Origin: Leptolyngbyaceae cyanobacterium clean351
GTDB taxonomy: Bacteria > Cyanobacteriota > Cyanobacteriia > DAIDHW01
NCBI GenBank assembly: GCA_027451865.1
Contig: DAIDHW010000001.1
Coordinates: 1,063,329-1,127,328 of the forward strand
Direction of reading: 5' to 3'
Length of the DNA: 64,000 nt
The notes beneath the pieces are model-generated. The model was given only the letters and a program-made list of their open reading frames with translations. It was not told the origin of the DNA and made no database searches. Position 1 is the stretch's first letter, and each line of letters starts with the position of its first letter. Positions 27,361 through 38,098 of the stretch are shown in pieces. The translations under genes and the position numbers were made by a program.

Positions 27361-28665
27361 ATGGACATCCCTGAGAAACTTTTTGTCTTAGGTCTGCTAG
27401 TCCTGGTCAATGCTTTTTTCGCTGCGGGGGAGATCGCCCTAGTTTCCGCTAATGATGCTCGATTAAGGGTTCTAGCCGAGCGGGGAGACCAGCGGGCCCG
27501 CCTAGTACTTAAAAATACTCAAAACAGCACCAAGCTTCTAGCCACAATCCAGGTGGTTCTCACCCTGGCCAGTTTCTTCACCTCAGCCACCGCTGCCCAA
27601 GGGCTAGTCGGACCTCTAGAACAACTCCTGCGCCAGATCCCCTGGTTGGGAGACAGGGTATACAATAGCGCTTTCGTCTTAATCACCCTTATGAGTGCCC
27701 TAGTGACCCTAGTGTTAGGGGAGCTAGTGCCGAAGCGGATTGCCCTGCGACATCCGGAACAGGCAGCGATCCTGACGATCATCCCGATTGCCTGGCTTGG
27801 TCGCCTGGCTGGCCCGGTGATCCTCTGGATTAGCCAACTCACTAATCTACTGTTGCGCCTCAGTGGCAATCACCCCGATGGCCCCGAGTCCCCCGTCAGT
27901 GTGGAGGAGGTGAGGGCAATGGTGGATGCGGCCCTACTAGGAGGAGCCGTCGGTGAACAGGAGCGACGGATTATTCATGGGGCGGTGGAGCTGAGTCAAA
28001 TTACTGTCCGGGCAATCATGGTCCCCCGGGTGCAGATTCAATACCTCAAGGCCACCACCTCCCTAGAGGAAGCCTTTCAGGTAGCCTCGGAAAATGCCCA
28101 TACCCGACTGCCCGTTTGTCATGAAGACCTGGACACGGTTTTGGGGATCCTCCACGTCAAGGACCTGATCCGGCCCCTAGGGGAGCTGCTTACCCACCCG
28201 CCTAGTCTGGGGGAGCTTCTACGGCCAGTCTGCTACGTCTCCGAAAGCAAGCTGGCCACGGATCTATTAGCGGAGATGCAAAGAAACCGACTGCATATGG
28301 CTATCGTCCGGGATGAATTCGGTGGCACTGCCGGCCTGGTGACCTTAGAAGACATCCTAGAAGAGATTGTCGGAGAGATCCGAGATGAGTACGATGCAGA
28401 GGAGGAGCGGGAGTTTCGGCGTTTGGGGGACCACGCAGGCATATTCAAAATTCGCGCTAGCTTGGCACGGGTCAATAATGAGCTGGAGGTCCGTCTCCCC
28501 AGGGAAGAGGCAGCTACGCTGGCAGGATTATTCATGCGGGAGCTGGACCGGCCCCCGGAACCAGGAGACCGCCTAGAGATTGACCACATCTTATTAGAAG
28601 TTTTGGCCGACGGCCTCCGGGTACGTGTGACTCGCTTATCACCAGGTCCTGAGGAGGACATCTAG
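27361..28665 (+). CDS. CNNM/CBS/CorC 'hemolysin family' protein
   Basis: NAFFAAGEIALVS, LVLGELVPKRIA, CBS pair, DEFGGTAGLVTLEDILEEIVGEIRDEYD. Confidence 0.92.
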   Translation: MDIPEKLFVLGLLVLVNAFFAAGEIALVSANDARLRVLAERGDQRARLVLKNTQNSTKLLATIQVVLTLASFFTSATAAQGLVGPLEQLLRQIPWLGDRVYNSAFVLITLMSALVTLVLGELVPKRIALRHPEQAAILTIIPIAWLGRLAGPVILWISQLTNLLLRLSGNHPDGPESPVSVEEVRAMVDAALLGGAVGEQERRIIHGAVELSQITVRAIMVPRVQIQYLKATTSLEEAFQVASENAHTRLPVCHEDLDTVLGILHVKDLIRPLGELLTHPPSLGELLRPVCYVSESKLATDLLAEMQRNRLHMAIVRDEFGGTAGLVTLEDILEEIVGEIRDEYDAEEEREFRRLGDHAGIFKIRASLARVNNELEVRLPREEAATLAGLFMRELDRPPEPGDRLEIDHILLEVLADGLRVRVTRLSPGPEEDI

Positions 28666-28669
28666 GGCT

Positions 28670-31324
28670 ATGGGAATCTTCCCCCGGCTGCGTCACTCTA
28701 TTGGCAAGGAACTCACAGCCATAGCTGTCTCTCCCCTGAGCCACCTACTACACCCTTTATTGCGGCCGCGCCGCCTGGTGATTCTTGAGGCCTTCCTCAT
28801 TGGGATCGTCGCTGCCCTAGGAGCAGTCTGCCTGAAGGAATCGGTTGCTGGACTGGAGTGGTGGCGGGATAATCTGGCGGAGCGCTTTCCACTCCTGTTG
28901 GTCTTGCCGGCCTTGGGAGTGGGAGGGGGAGGCTTAGCTGGGCTACTGATTCAGACTCTGGCCCCGGAGGCCGCCGGAAGCGGCATGCCCCAGGTCAAGG
29001 CAGTTTTGGCCCGGGTGCCCATGGCCCTGAACCTCAGGGTAGCCCTAGTGAAGCTAGGATCGGCGGCAGTAGCCCTGGGCACAGGCTTGGCCCTGGGACC
29101 TGAGGGACCGACAGTCCAGATTGGGGCCGGGATGGCTGCCCAATTGAGTCACTGGCTGCCCACATCCCCTGACTACCGCCGGCAGCTGATCGCCGCTGGG
29201 GGAGCAGCCGGGTTAGCCGCCGCCTTCAACGCCCCCATTACTGGCATGCTGTTTGTAATTGAGGAACTCCTCCAGGATGTGTCCAGCTTCACCCTGGGAA
29301 CGGCAATAATTGCCTCCTTCGTCGGCGGGGTGATGTCCCGGGTTTTGGAGGGAAGGACCCTAAATTTAGACGTAATTGTTACCAGCCATCAAATCGACTT
29401 TACCGCCGTTGATATCCCCTTGGTGGTGGGCCTAGGTCTGGTAACCGGGGGCCTAGCTGCCCTATTAGACCAGGGGGTCCTCAAGGGGGCCAGGTGGACT
29501 CGCGAACACTTAAACTGGAGTCTACCAGTGAAGGTGGCCTTGGCCGGGGGTATATCGGGCTTAGGCGTGGCCCTGTTACCCCAGGCCCTAGGAAGCCGCA
29601 GCGACCTACCGACCCTGCTAGCCCACGGAGGGGTTAGTTGGCAGTTAACCCTGTTCGCCTTTGCTATCCAGTTTGTGCTGGTAATTGTGGCCGCAGGACT
29701 GCGGGCGCCCGGGGGGCTGCTCACTCCTACCCTAGTCCTTGGTTTCTACGTTGGTCACCTGTGGGCCATGGCTGCGCACGTGAACACGACCCTGCCTAGT
29801 ATCTACGCCATGGCCGGGATGGGAGCATTCATGGGGGCTTTCTCCAAGGTGCCTGTGACGGCGATCGTCATCGTCTTCGAGTTAACCCACAACTTTGACT
29901 TAGTTCTGCCCCTGATGATTTGTGTGGTCACGGCCTATCTCGTGGCGGAGAAGCTCTCACCTGGGTCTCTCTATACCCGGTTATTGGCTTTAGACGGCAT
30001 TCACCTAGAACCAGAGGGGGAGCCGGAGCACCCCTGGGACCAGCTGACTGCTGGGGAATTCATGGAATCCCGAGTGGAGACCCTGCCAGTAACCATGAAG
30101 ATCGAGCAAGTAGTGCAAGTATTTCAAGAATCCCACCATCGGGGGTTTCCCGTAGTGGATGGCCATAAGCTAGTAGGGATTATCACCGAAAGCGACCTGA
30201 TTCGAATTCGCCAGGGCCGCCTAGGACCTGACCAGCCCCTAGGACTAATTATGAGTCCCAGACCGATTACCGTGCGCCCTTCAGATACCCTCAATCAAGT
30301 CCTTTACCTCCTCTCCCACTACCAAATCTCCCGGCTGCCGGTTATTGAGCACAACCAACTGGTCGGCATTATTACCCGCAGCGATATTCTCCGGGTAGAG
30401 TCAATGCGCCTCGAACCCGGAGAGTACAAAGACCCCCACCCTTCCTACCTGGCCTACCAAGTCCGTCCCCCTGCCGTCAGTCAAGGACGAGTGATTTTAC
30501 TTTTGAGTAATCCTCTGACAGCCACCACTTTAGTACAACTAGGATTACGCCTGGCCCGAGCTCGGGACTGGGAACTGCTTTGTTTGTGTGTGGTTCTTAT
30601 CCCCCCCACAAGTTCTCCAAGCACTACCCAAGTGGACCTGACTCCGGCTCGCCAAATCCTAGACCCCCTTTTGGCCCTAGGGGCGGCAGAATCAGTCCCC
30701 CTTCACCTCCAGGCCCGGGTAGCCCACACGGTCAGCGCTGCGGTGCTCGACGGCATTCGCGAGCAACACACGGACCTGTTGTTAATGGGCTGGAAGGGCA
30801 GCACCTCTACCCCCGGCTCAGTGTTTAGTACTGCTGTGGACACCCTGATCAACCACGCCCCCTGTGATGTGATGGTGGTCAAGGCTAACCCTCAGCTCGG
30901 CTGGCGGCGCTGGCTCCTGCCCATGGCCGGGGGCCCCAATGCCCAGCACGCCCTAGAGCTGCTGCCCAGCCTAGTGGATCGTCGAGACAAGATTCAAGTT
31001 CAACTGTGTCAGATTTTTCAACCCAACGACACCAGCTATGACCCAGGATTTCTCCAGGATCAGGCCACCTTTGCCCAGGAAGTTTTAGGGCTGCGAGTTA
31101 CCACTACTGCTGCCTGTGCCCAAACCGTATCCGAGGCAGTCTTAGACCTAGCCCAAAACCATGACACGGACGTGGTCTTGATTGGGGCAACTCGTGAGGG
31201 GCTCCTCAAACAAGTGATCCTGGGCAATATCCCAGAAACCATTGCCCGCCAGGCATCATGTACTGTAATTTTGGTGCGCAAAGCAGTATCAAAAGCAACC
31301 GAACACCTAGCCCAATTGGAGTAG
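28670..31324 (+). CDS. ClC chloride channel/antiporter with CBS pair and two USP-like domains
   Basis: GSGMP, GPEGP, AAFNAPITG, CBS domains, C-terminal USP-like region (LLMGWKG; GNIPETIARQA). Confidence 0.92.
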   Translation: MGIFPRLRHSIGKELTAIAVSPLSHLLHPLLRPRRLVILEAFLIGIVAALGAVCLKESVAGLEWWRDNLAERFPLLLVLPALGVGGGGLAGLLIQTLAPEAAGSGMPQVKAVLARVPMALNLRVALVKLGSAAVALGTGLALGPEGPTVQIGAGMAAQLSHWLPTSPDYRRQLIAAGGAAGLAAAFNAPITGMLFVIEELLQDVSSFTLGTAIIASFVGGVMSRVLEGRTLNLDVIVTSHQIDFTAVDIPLVVGLGLVTGGLAALLDQGVLKGARWTREHLNWSLPVKVALAGGISGLGVALLPQALGSRSDLPTLLAHGGVSWQLTLFAFAIQFVLVIVAAGLRAPGGLLTPTLVLGFYVGHLWAMAAHVNTTLPSIYAMAGMGAFMGAFSKVPVTAIVIVFELTHNFDLVLPLMICVVTAYLVAEKLSPGSLYTRLLALDGIHLEPEGEPEHPWDQLTAGEFMESRVETLPVTMKIEQVVQVFQESHHRGFPVVDGHKLVGIITESDLIRIRQGRLGPDQPLGLIMSPRPITVRPSDTLNQVLYLLSHYQISRLPVIEHNQLVGIITRSDILRVESMRLEPGEYKDPHPSYLAYQVRPPAVSQGRVILLLSNPLTATTLVQLGLRLARARDWELLCLCVVLIPPTSSPSTTQVDLTPARQILDPLLALGAAESVPLHLQARVAHTVSAAVLDGIREQHTDLLLMGWKGSTSTPGSVFSTAVDTLINHAPCDVMVVKANPQLGWRRWLLPMAGGPNAQHALELLPSLVDRRDKIQVQLCQIFQPNDTSYDPGFLQDQATFAQEVLGLRVTTTAACAQTVSEAVLDLAQNHDTDVVLIGATREGLLKQVILGNIPETIARQASCTVILVRKAVSKATEHLAQLE

Positions 31325-31354
31325 GCTGACTCGTGTCCGCTGGTCTGCCCTTCC

Positions 31355-32299
31355 ATGCGCCTTGAGCAGTTACAATCCTTCCTAGCCGTCGCCGAAACCA
31401 ACAGCTTCCAGAAAGCCTCCCGTCGTTGCCAAGTTACTCAATCTGCCATTAGCCGGCAAATTCAAGCCCTGGAAGCTAATTTGGGTTTGCGCTTGTTTCA
31501 CCGGGGAGCCAAGGTACGCCTGACCCTAGGGGGTGAGCAGTTGCTTCCGTGGGCTAGGAAGATCTGTCAAGAGTGGCAAACTGCCCAAGAGCAAATTCAA
31601 AATCTGCTGCACGGGGAACGCTCAGACCTATGCATCGCGGCTGTACCTTCGATCTGCACCTACTACCTTCCCCCCATCATCCATAGTTTTTACCACTCCT
31701 ACCCGCGGGTGCAGCTGCGGGTGACCGCCCTTGGCAGTGACCGGGCCGTGAAGGTGCTCAAAGACGGCCTAGTGGATGTGGCAGTGGTGATGCAAAATCC
31801 CTTCTTGGTGCCCAGTGCCGAATTAGTAGTTCAACCCCTATTTGAGGAGTCAATTCGGGTGCTCATGGCGGCCAGCCACCCCTTGAGCACCCAGACGAGT
31901 ATTACTTGGGAGACCCTAGCTACCTATCCCCAGGTAGTGTTTAAGGATGGCTACGGTATGCAGCGCCTAGTGCGTGAGCAGTTCCAGCGCCGGGGACTAC
32001 CTCTGCAGGCCGCCCTAGAACTGAACATTCCCGAGGCATTTCGGGGCGTGCTACGTCAAGGAATAATGGTGGCTCTCCTGCCAGAGTCTTGCCTAGGGGA
32101 TGCTGGGTTTGACCAGACCCTAGCCGTGCGGTCTCTAGCTCTAGAGGCTAATGAGGCCCCCTTGGTGCGGCGGATTGTACTGGTGACTACCCAGGACCGG
32201 CTCCATATTCCGCCAATCCGGGATTTCCATAGGTTAGTGTTGGAACTACAACCTCCCCAGGTAGGTTATGAGTCACGAGTTCCGCACCCTATTATGTAA
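31355..32299 (+). CDS. ntcB: LysR-family nitrate assimilation activator NtcB
   Basis: MRLEQLQSFLAVAET HTH. LGSDRAVKVLKDGLVD, YPQVVFKDGYGMQRLV and TTQDRLHIPPI match NtcB as I recall it. Confidence 0.85.
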   Translation: MRLEQLQSFLAVAETNSFQKASRRCQVTQSAISRQIQALEANLGLRLFHRGAKVRLTLGGEQLLPWARKICQEWQTAQEQIQNLLHGERSDLCIAAVPSICTYYLPPIIHSFYHSYPRVQLRVTALGSDRAVKVLKDGLVDVAVVMQNPFLVPSAELVVQPLFEESIRVLMAASHPLSTQTSITWETLATYPQVVFKDGYGMQRLVREQFQRRGLPLQAALELNIPEAFRGVLRQGIMVALLPESCLGDAGFDQTLAVRSLALEANEAPLVRRIVLVTTQDRLHIPPIRDFHRLVLELQPPQVGYESRVPHPIM

Positions 32300-33308
32300 G
32301 ATCGGCAGCGGCACTCATACGGGTGAATCTCTGACCCGGACTGAGGCTAAGCTGGCCTTGCAGTTAATGCTTAAGCAAGTGGCAACCCCAGCACAGATCG
32401 GGGCTTTTTTGATTGCTCACCGGATCCGGCGCCCCACCGGGGCGGAAATGGCCGGGATGCTAGATGCCTGCGATGAACTCGGGCCCTACTTAAAACCCCT
32501 GAACAACCCCAAACCGGTTCTGGTAATGGGTTCTCCCTACGATGGACGCTGTCGCACCTTGCCCCTGAGTCCCCTGGTGGCTCTGGTCTTGGCCGCCGCC
32601 GGGCAACCAGTAGTTCTGCACGGGGGCGAACGCATGCCCACTAAGGCAGGTCTGCCCTTGGTGGATATGTGGCGGGGTCTCGGGGTAGACTGGGGCCGCC
32701 TATCTCTAGATCAAGTACATCTCACCCTATCCCAGGTGGGGATTGGCTTAGTTTACCTCCCAACTCACTTCCCCCAAGCCCAAGGCTTGGTACCCTACCG
32801 AGAGCAAATTGGCAAGCGGCCCCCCCTCGCCACCCTGGAGCTAATATGGTCACCCTACCGGGGGGCTGCCCACGTGGCCTGTGGATTCGTCCACCCACCC
32901 ACTGAGGCGGTGATTCGGGAAGCCTTCGCCCTAAGGGCAGTGGAACAATTTACTACCGTCAAAGGCTTAGAGGGAAGTTGTGACCTGCCTCGGGAGCGTA
33001 CAGGAATCCTGGGGTTAGCCGACTCGGGCATTTCCTTCCGACGTCTGCATCTCCACCCCCGGGAATACGGCCTGGGGGGAAAAGAAATCCCCTTGACAGA
33101 GCAGTTCTCCCCTGAGATCCTCACTAGCTTGGCGGGAGAGCCGGGGGAACTTGGTGATGCCGTCCTTTGGAACGGGGGATTTTACCTGTGGCGCTGTGGA
33201 GCCTGTGCGGATCTGGCAAGTGGCCTGGACCGGGCGCGGGAGATCTGGCGCAGCGGCCAAGCCCTCACTCAACTACGCCGGTTACAGCAAATCATGAACT
33301 ACCTGTGA
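32268..33308 (+). CDS. Anthranilate phosphoribosyltransferase-like protein (glycosyl transferase family 3, YbiB-like)
   Basis: [29 protein letters not shown]. Confidence 0.85.
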   Translation: MSHEFRTLLCKIGSGTHTGESLTRTEAKLALQLMLKQVATPAQIGAFLIAHRIRRPTGAEMAGMLDACDELGPYLKPLNNPKPVLVMGSPYDGRCRTLPLSPLVALVLAAAGQPVVLHGGERMPTKAGLPLVDMWRGLGVDWGRLSLDQVHLTLSQVGIGLVYLPTHFPQAQGLVPYREQIGKRPPLATLELIWSPYRGAAHVACGFVHPPTEAVIREAFALRAVEQFTTVKGLEGSCDLPRERTGILGLADSGISFRRLHLHPREYGLGGKEIPLTEQFSPEILTSLAGEPGELGDAVLWNGGFYLWRCGACADLASGLDRAREIWRSGQALTQLRRLQQIMNYL

Positions 33309-33591
33309 ATGCCACCAGGGGGAAACGCGCTTGGACCTCTCCCAGAGGGCGTCTTCTACCCTCTTCCTGCCAGTAGTTGATTACCTCGGTAGCTTGGTTG
33401 AGCAGCTCGATCCGGTCTTGGTCGCTAATCCAATGTTTGGCCTCCAACTCAGTCTTCAACTGTTCCCAAGCGTCGTTGCGAGGCCAAAAAAAGTAAGATG
33501 TCAAGGGACTAGTGCCCTTACCCACCACTTGGTCCACTGCCAAGGCCACGTCTTTCTCCAACCAGAGAACCTTCAGGATAAATTTCGACAA
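33292..33591 (-). CDS. ycf65: 30S ribosomal protein PSRP-3 (Ycf65)
   Basis: [48 protein letters not shown] start at 33591 preceded by GAGG. Confidence 0.92.
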   Translation of the reverse strand: MSKFILKVLWLEKDVALAVDQVVGKGTSPLTSYFFWPRNDAWEQLKTELEAKHWISDQDRIELLNQATEVINYWQEEGRRRPLGEVQARFPLVAFTGSS

Positions 33592-33665
33592 GTATGCCTC
33601 CAAAGCTATTGCCAACTTTTGCCAAGAAACAATCGCAATCCATAATTCTACTTTAATTAAAGCCC

Positions 33666-34424
33666 ATGTATCCTCAACCAATAGCGATAATTATTTTTGA
33701 TATTGATGGGGTGATCAGAGATGTGGCCGGTTCCTATCGCCGCGCCCTAGCTGACACCGTCGAATACTTTACCGGGGGAATCTACCGGCCGTCGGCCGAA
33801 GATATTGACCAACTCAAGGCAGAGGGAGTCTGGAACAACGATTGGCAGGCAGCCGAGGAGCTAGTCTACCGCCAGGGGGCCCGGCGGGGGTCCCTAGATT
33901 ACCAGCAGGTAGTCGCCTTCTTTCAGTCCCGCTATCGCGGCCCGGACCCCAGTCACTGGACCGGCTATATTTGTCATGAACCCCTCCTGGTGGATTCGAC
34001 CTACTTTAACCAGCTCACCCAGGCTAGGTTACCTTGGGGCTTTTTCAGCGGCGCTACGCGGGCTTCAGCTCTCTACGCCCTGGAGGGCCGTTTAGGCCTG
34101 GTAGCTCCGCCCCTAGTGGCCATGGAGGATGCCCCAGGTAAACCCGACCCCACCGGCCTGATTAGCCTAGCGGACCAACTAGCACCTGCCAGTCCAGTAG
34201 TGTACGTGGGGGACACCGTGGCAGACATGAAAACCGTGGTGGCAGCCCGCTCTCTCCGGCCAGACCGGCGGTGGTTCGGGGTGGGGGTCCTGCCACCCCA
34301 TGTCCTGGAAAACCCCAGCGCTGCCCTTGCTTACCGCAACCAGCTAGGACAAACCGGGGCAGACCTAGTGCTAGACCAGGTCCGACTGCTGGGCGCCTCT
34401 GTGATTAGCCAACTACTTGCCTGA
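33666..34424 (+). CDS. HAD-superfamily hydrolase (TIGR01548-like)
   Basis: [19 protein letters not shown]. Confidence 0.88.
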   Translation: MYPQPIAIIIFDIDGVIRDVAGSYRRALADTVEYFTGGIYRPSAEDIDQLKAEGVWNNDWQAAEELVYRQGARRGSLDYQQVVAFFQSRYRGPDPSHWTGYICHEPLLVDSTYFNQLTQARLPWGFFSGATRASALYALEGRLGLVAPPLVAMEDAPGKPDPTGLISLADQLAPASPVVYVGDTVADMKTVVAARSLRPDRRWFGVGVLPPHVLENPSAALAYRNQLGQTGADLVLDQVRLLGASVISQLLA

Positions 34425-34436
34425 CTTGAACTTACC

Positions 34437-34661
34437 ATGACTGAACAACTGCAACCGGGGGACCGAGTGCGGCTGGCGATAGCGCCACCCTACCTGAAAA
34501 CCGCTGAACCTATGCCCATGCTGCGGCCACCTGATGTGGTCAGTATCGGTGAAGAGGGGGTAATTATCGACCGGCGGCCCGGGGGGTACTGGGCGGTGCG
34601 CTTTCACCGAGGGGCATTCTTGCTCGGGGCCGAGTTTCTCGAGGTAGTCCCTCCCCGTTGA
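34437..34661 (+). CDS. sipA: Regulatory protein SipA (NblS-interacting, DUF3148)
   Basis: PPYLKTAEPMPMLRPPD...DRRPGGYWAVRF..GAFLL. Confidence 0.88.
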   Translation: MTEQLQPGDRVRLAIAPPYLKTAEPMPMLRPPDVVSIGEEGVIIDRRPGGYWAVRFHRGAFLLGAEFLEVVPPR

Positions 34662-34728
34662 TATTGCTCCAAGGGAGTCCCCACTAAGCTAAAATCACCT
34701 CTGGGATTTCACAAGAAGGGGCAAACCA

Positions 34729-36051
34729 CTGGCTACCAGAGTCATCCTCGTCCGCCACGGCGAGAGCACCTACAATCAACAGCAGCGAGTCCAGGGGCAC
34801 TGTGACGCCTCCACCCTAAATGAACGGGGAATCTGGGGAGCCCACCAAGTGGCTAAAGCCTTGCTGGGTATCCCCGTTGAAGTCTTGCTAAGTAGCCCCC
34901 TGCAACGAGCCCAAGCCACTGCTGAGGTAATTGCTGACCATCTGAGACCGCCCCAGCGGGAGACCACAGACCTTCTGAAGGAAGTAAGCTTACCCCTCTG
35001 GGAAGGGATGGCCTTCAAGGATGTTCAGGCTCAATACCCTCAGGAGTACGCTGCCTGGCAACACCACCCCCACCGACTTAAAATGGTGGTCGACGGGAGG
35101 GATTTTTATCCTGTCCCCACTCTCTACGCACAAGCCAAAGCCTTTTGGGATTACGCACTCCCGACCTACCAGGACAAGACTCTGGTGGTCGTGGCCCACA
35201 GCGGCATTAATCGGGCCCTAGTGTGTACTGCCCTGGGACTAGGCCCAGAGCAGTACCAAACCTGTCACCAGTCCAACTGTGGGATCAGCGTCCTGAATTT
35301 CCCAGGCCTCCTCGGAGAGGGGGTCCAACTTGAGGCGCTTAATTTGACCTCTCACCTAGGAGAAACCCTACCTTCGAGCCGGCTGAAAGCCAAAGGACCG
35401 CGAATCCTGCTAGTGCGCCACGGAGAAACCGACTGGAACCGCCAGACCCGTTTTCAGGGTCAAATCGACATTCCCTTAAATGCCACCGGGTTGAGTCAGG
35501 CCACTCAAACCGCTGAATTTTTAAAAGACATACCCCTACAGTTTGCCTACAGCAGTCCCTTGGCCCGGGCCCAGCAAACCGCCACTGCCATCCTTGGGCA
35601 TCATTCCCTAGCCCTGCAGTTTCATCCGGGTCTGCGGGAGATCAGTCACGGGGAGTGGGAAGGAAAACTGGAAGCCCAGGTGGAAACACAGTTTCCCGGG
35701 CAGCTGCAGGCCTGGCGTCAAACCCCTCATCAGGTCCAGATGCCCGGGGGTGAGAATCTCGACCAGGTTTGGCAGCGGGCCGTGGGCGCCTGGTCAGAAG
35801 TCCTCGCCAACGAAGCTCTAGATTACCGTCTGGGAGTTGTAGTCGCCCACGACGCCATCAATAAGGTGATCCTAGCCCACTGTCTGGGCTTGGGACCGGC
35901 TGCTTTTTGGGCCTTCCGCCAAGGCAATGGGGCAGTAAGTGTGATCGATTATGTCCACGGACCTAGCGCACCCCCAGTGGTGATGGCGATGAACATCACC
36001 ACCCATCTGGGAGGAGGGATTCTTGACCGGACGGCAGTGGGAGCACTTTAG
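34729..36051 (+). CDS. Tandem histidine-phosphatase-domain protein (PspA/GpmB-like), probable CTG start
   Basis: The frame extends 120 bp upstream of the track ORF to CTG-GCT-ACC-AGA-GTC-ATC-CTC-GTC-CGC-CAC-GGC (xATRVILVRHG). Second RHG domain at VRHGET. Confidence 0.9.
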   Translation: MATRVILVRHGESTYNQQQRVQGHCDASTLNERGIWGAHQVAKALLGIPVEVLLSSPLQRAQATAEVIADHLRPPQRETTDLLKEVSLPLWEGMAFKDVQAQYPQEYAAWQHHPHRLKMVVDGRDFYPVPTLYAQAKAFWDYALPTYQDKTLVVVAHSGINRALVCTALGLGPEQYQTCHQSNCGISVLNFPGLLGEGVQLEALNLTSHLGETLPSSRLKAKGPRILLVRHGETDWNRQTRFQGQIDIPLNATGLSQATQTAEFLKDIPLQFAYSSPLARAQQTATAILGHHSLALQFHPGLREISHGEWEGKLEAQVETQFPGQLQAWRQTPHQVQMPGGENLDQVWQRAVGAWSEVLANEALDYRLGVVVAHDAINKVILAHCLGLGPAAFWAFRQGNGAVSVIDYVHGPSAPPVVMAMNITTHLGGGILDRTAVGAL

Positions 36052-37319
36052 TGACTTCACCACCCGAACTACTCAAGCAGGTGCGCGTGCTTGATCTGGG
36101 AACTGGCGTCGATCTGGTCACCGATGTTCTGTTACACCAGGGGATGATCCTCCGTGTGGGCCCCGAGTTAGAAGATTACCCGGCTGATACCCTGGTTGAG
36201 GATGGCTCCGGTTGGATCCTCGGCCCGGGCCTGGTGGATTTGTATAGTACCTGCGGCGAGCCAGGCCACGAGGAAAGTGAGACCCTAGCTGAGTTACTCC
36301 AAGCAGCCCAGGCGGGAGGCTTTACCCGGATAAACCTCTTGTCATCTGCTCACTTCCCCCTCGACCGTCCCGGGGCGGTCGATCTGCTGACTTCCCGGGT
36401 AGCGGCCACAGGAAGACCTCATCCCCAGGTAAACCTCTGGGGAGCTTTGACGGAAGGGTCCCAAGGCCAGCATATGAGCTGCATCCTAGACCTAGTCCAG
36501 GCGGGGGTAGGCGGGTTCATGGACTGCCGGCCCCTGGCAAATCTGCGGGTGTTACGTCATACCCTCCTCTACCTAGCTCCCCTAAAACTGCCAATTAGTT
36601 TATGGCCCCAAGAGCCCTCTCTAGCAGCTCAAGGGGTAGCCCGAGAAAGCCCCGAGGCCTTAGTTCTAGGACTGCCATTAATCCCCGCTAGTGCCGAGAC
36701 AGCCGCTCTGGCAGCCTTGCTGATGGTGGTCGAAGAAACTGGAGTACCCGTGCACATCGCCCGGGTGTCAACTGCCCCAGGGGTGGCCATAGTAGCTGCG
36801 GCTAAGGAGCGGGGCTTGCCTGTGACGGCTAGCACCTCCTGGATGCACCTGTTGCATTACGCTGGGGACCTAGAGGGCTACAATCCCAACTTGCGCCTCG
36901 AACCCCCTCTAGGGACCGCTGCTGACCAGGCAGCTCTCCAGGAGGCCACCCTCCAGGGAGTCCTAGATGCCATTGCTGTCGACCACCGGCCATGTACCTA
37001 CGAGGAAAAAACCCTCCCCTTTGCAGAGGCTCTACCCGGGGCTGTTGGGTTTCAGTTAGCCTTACCCTTGCTTTGGCAGGCCCTAGTAGTTAATCAAAAC
37101 TGGTCTCCCCTTACCCTCTGGCAAAGACTCAGCACTGGGCCTGCCCGCTGCCTAGGACAGCCCCCTGCCACCTTGGCAGTCGGGGAAAGGGCTGAGCTGA
37201 CTTTGTTCAATCCTGGGGGGAGTTGGCCTGTGAATACTCAAACCCTGACTTCTCGAGCCCACAACACCCCTTGGCTGGGGAAACCGATTACCGGCCAAGT
37301 CCTGAGAACTTGGTGTTAA
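36051..37319 (+). CDS. pyrC: Dihydroorotase-like protein (probably non-catalytic PyrC')
   Basis: Amidohydrolase fold motifs GPGLVD, EPG, PPLG, AVDHRP. Metal-binding His residues are absent. Confidence 0.85.
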   Translation: MTSPPELLKQVRVLDLGTGVDLVTDVLLHQGMILRVGPELEDYPADTLVEDGSGWILGPGLVDLYSTCGEPGHEESETLAELLQAAQAGGFTRINLLSSAHFPLDRPGAVDLLTSRVAATGRPHPQVNLWGALTEGSQGQHMSCILDLVQAGVGGFMDCRPLANLRVLRHTLLYLAPLKLPISLWPQEPSLAAQGVARESPEALVLGLPLIPASAETAALAALLMVVEETGVPVHIARVSTAPGVAIVAAAKERGLPVTASTSWMHLLHYAGDLEGYNPNLRLEPPLGTAADQAALQEATLQGVLDAIAVDHRPCTYEEKTLPFAEALPGAVGFQLALPLLWQALVVNQNWSPLTLWQRLSTGPARCLGQPPATLAVGERAELTLFNPGGSWPVNTQTLTSRAHNTPWLGKPITGQVLRTWC

Positions 37320-37992
37320 ACCCAGGGGGTTCGGTTTTGGCTTGCTCTCGCTTGCGCCGCTCCGCCAAGACCAGATCCTTCATCACCGCCTGGGCTTGAG
37401 CCATTTTTTCCAGATTGCTATGGTATAAATCAAGATCCTTCTGCAATCTGTCAACGGCAATCGGCAACCCGGTCAGCATTTGGGTGAAGACTACTTCCCG
37501 CCGCGACTCGTCCCGGGCGATTTCCGGGGCAACCTGTTCAATCAGGGTGTAAAGGCCGATTGCAAACAGACGACCACACTTGTAGCGTGGATAGGTGGCA
37601 ATTTGGCCTAGGGTCCCTCGGAGCACCTCAGCCCCAGGGCCTAGCACTTGGGGTAGGGCCATCAGATCCGCTTCAGTCCAACCCTCCAGGGCCGCCGTGA
37701 AGACCTGGGCATCCCGCCGCAGTTGTTGCGGATCAAAACCTACTGCCTGGACTAGGGCTTGAAAAATGCTCTCCCGGTCCTGGTCAGGGTAGTAACCAGC
37801 CATAAATTGGTCAAAAGAAGTAACTACTCCCAGGGCCAGAACCGGATCGTAGTGGAAGTCAACATTCACCGCCAATAGGTGCAGCTCCACCAGCAATTCT
37901 TCTACGAAGCGCCGGTAAACCGAATGGATGGGACGGTTGTGGAGGGAGTAGAACTGGTGTTTTGTATCGGAAACGGTGCGGACGTTATTCAC
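37288..37992 (-). CDS. psb29: Photosystem II biogenesis protein Psb29/Thf1
   Basis: RTVSDTK..FY..H.RPIHSVYRRFVEELLVELHLL...RLFAIGLY...KDLDLYHSNLEKM. Confidence 0.95.
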   Translation of the reverse strand: MNNVRTVSDTKHQFYSLHNRPIHSVYRRFVEELLVELHLLAVNVDFHYDPVLALGVVTSFDQFMAGYYPDQDRESIFQALVQAVGFDPQQLRRDAQVFTAALEGWTEADLMALPQVLGPGAEVLRGTLGQIATYPRYKCGRLFAIGLYTLIEQVAPEIARDESRREVVFTQMLTGLPIAVDRLQKDLDLYHSNLEKMAQAQAVMKDLVLAERRKREQAKTEPPGFNTKFSGLGR

Positions 37993-38063
37993 AAAGGGTC
38001 ATCCAAGTTGACGGACGTATGGGGCTCAAACTAGGAACACTACCTCGGAGGGTACCAGAGACT

Positions 38064-38089
38064 GACACCAGGGGGGCACCCCCGGTGTC
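38064..38089. terminator. GC-rich stem-loop downstream of fbaA (no clear U-tract)
   Basis: gacacc(a)ggggg-gca-cccccggtgtc, 10 bp past the fbaA stop. Confidence 0.55.
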
Positions 38090-38098
38090 TAGGAAACT

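Noticed and set aside
27361-28665. Haemolysin toxin
   Set aside because: The CNNM-CBS-CorC architecture points to divalent-cation (Mg/Co) homeostasis. The family name is historical.
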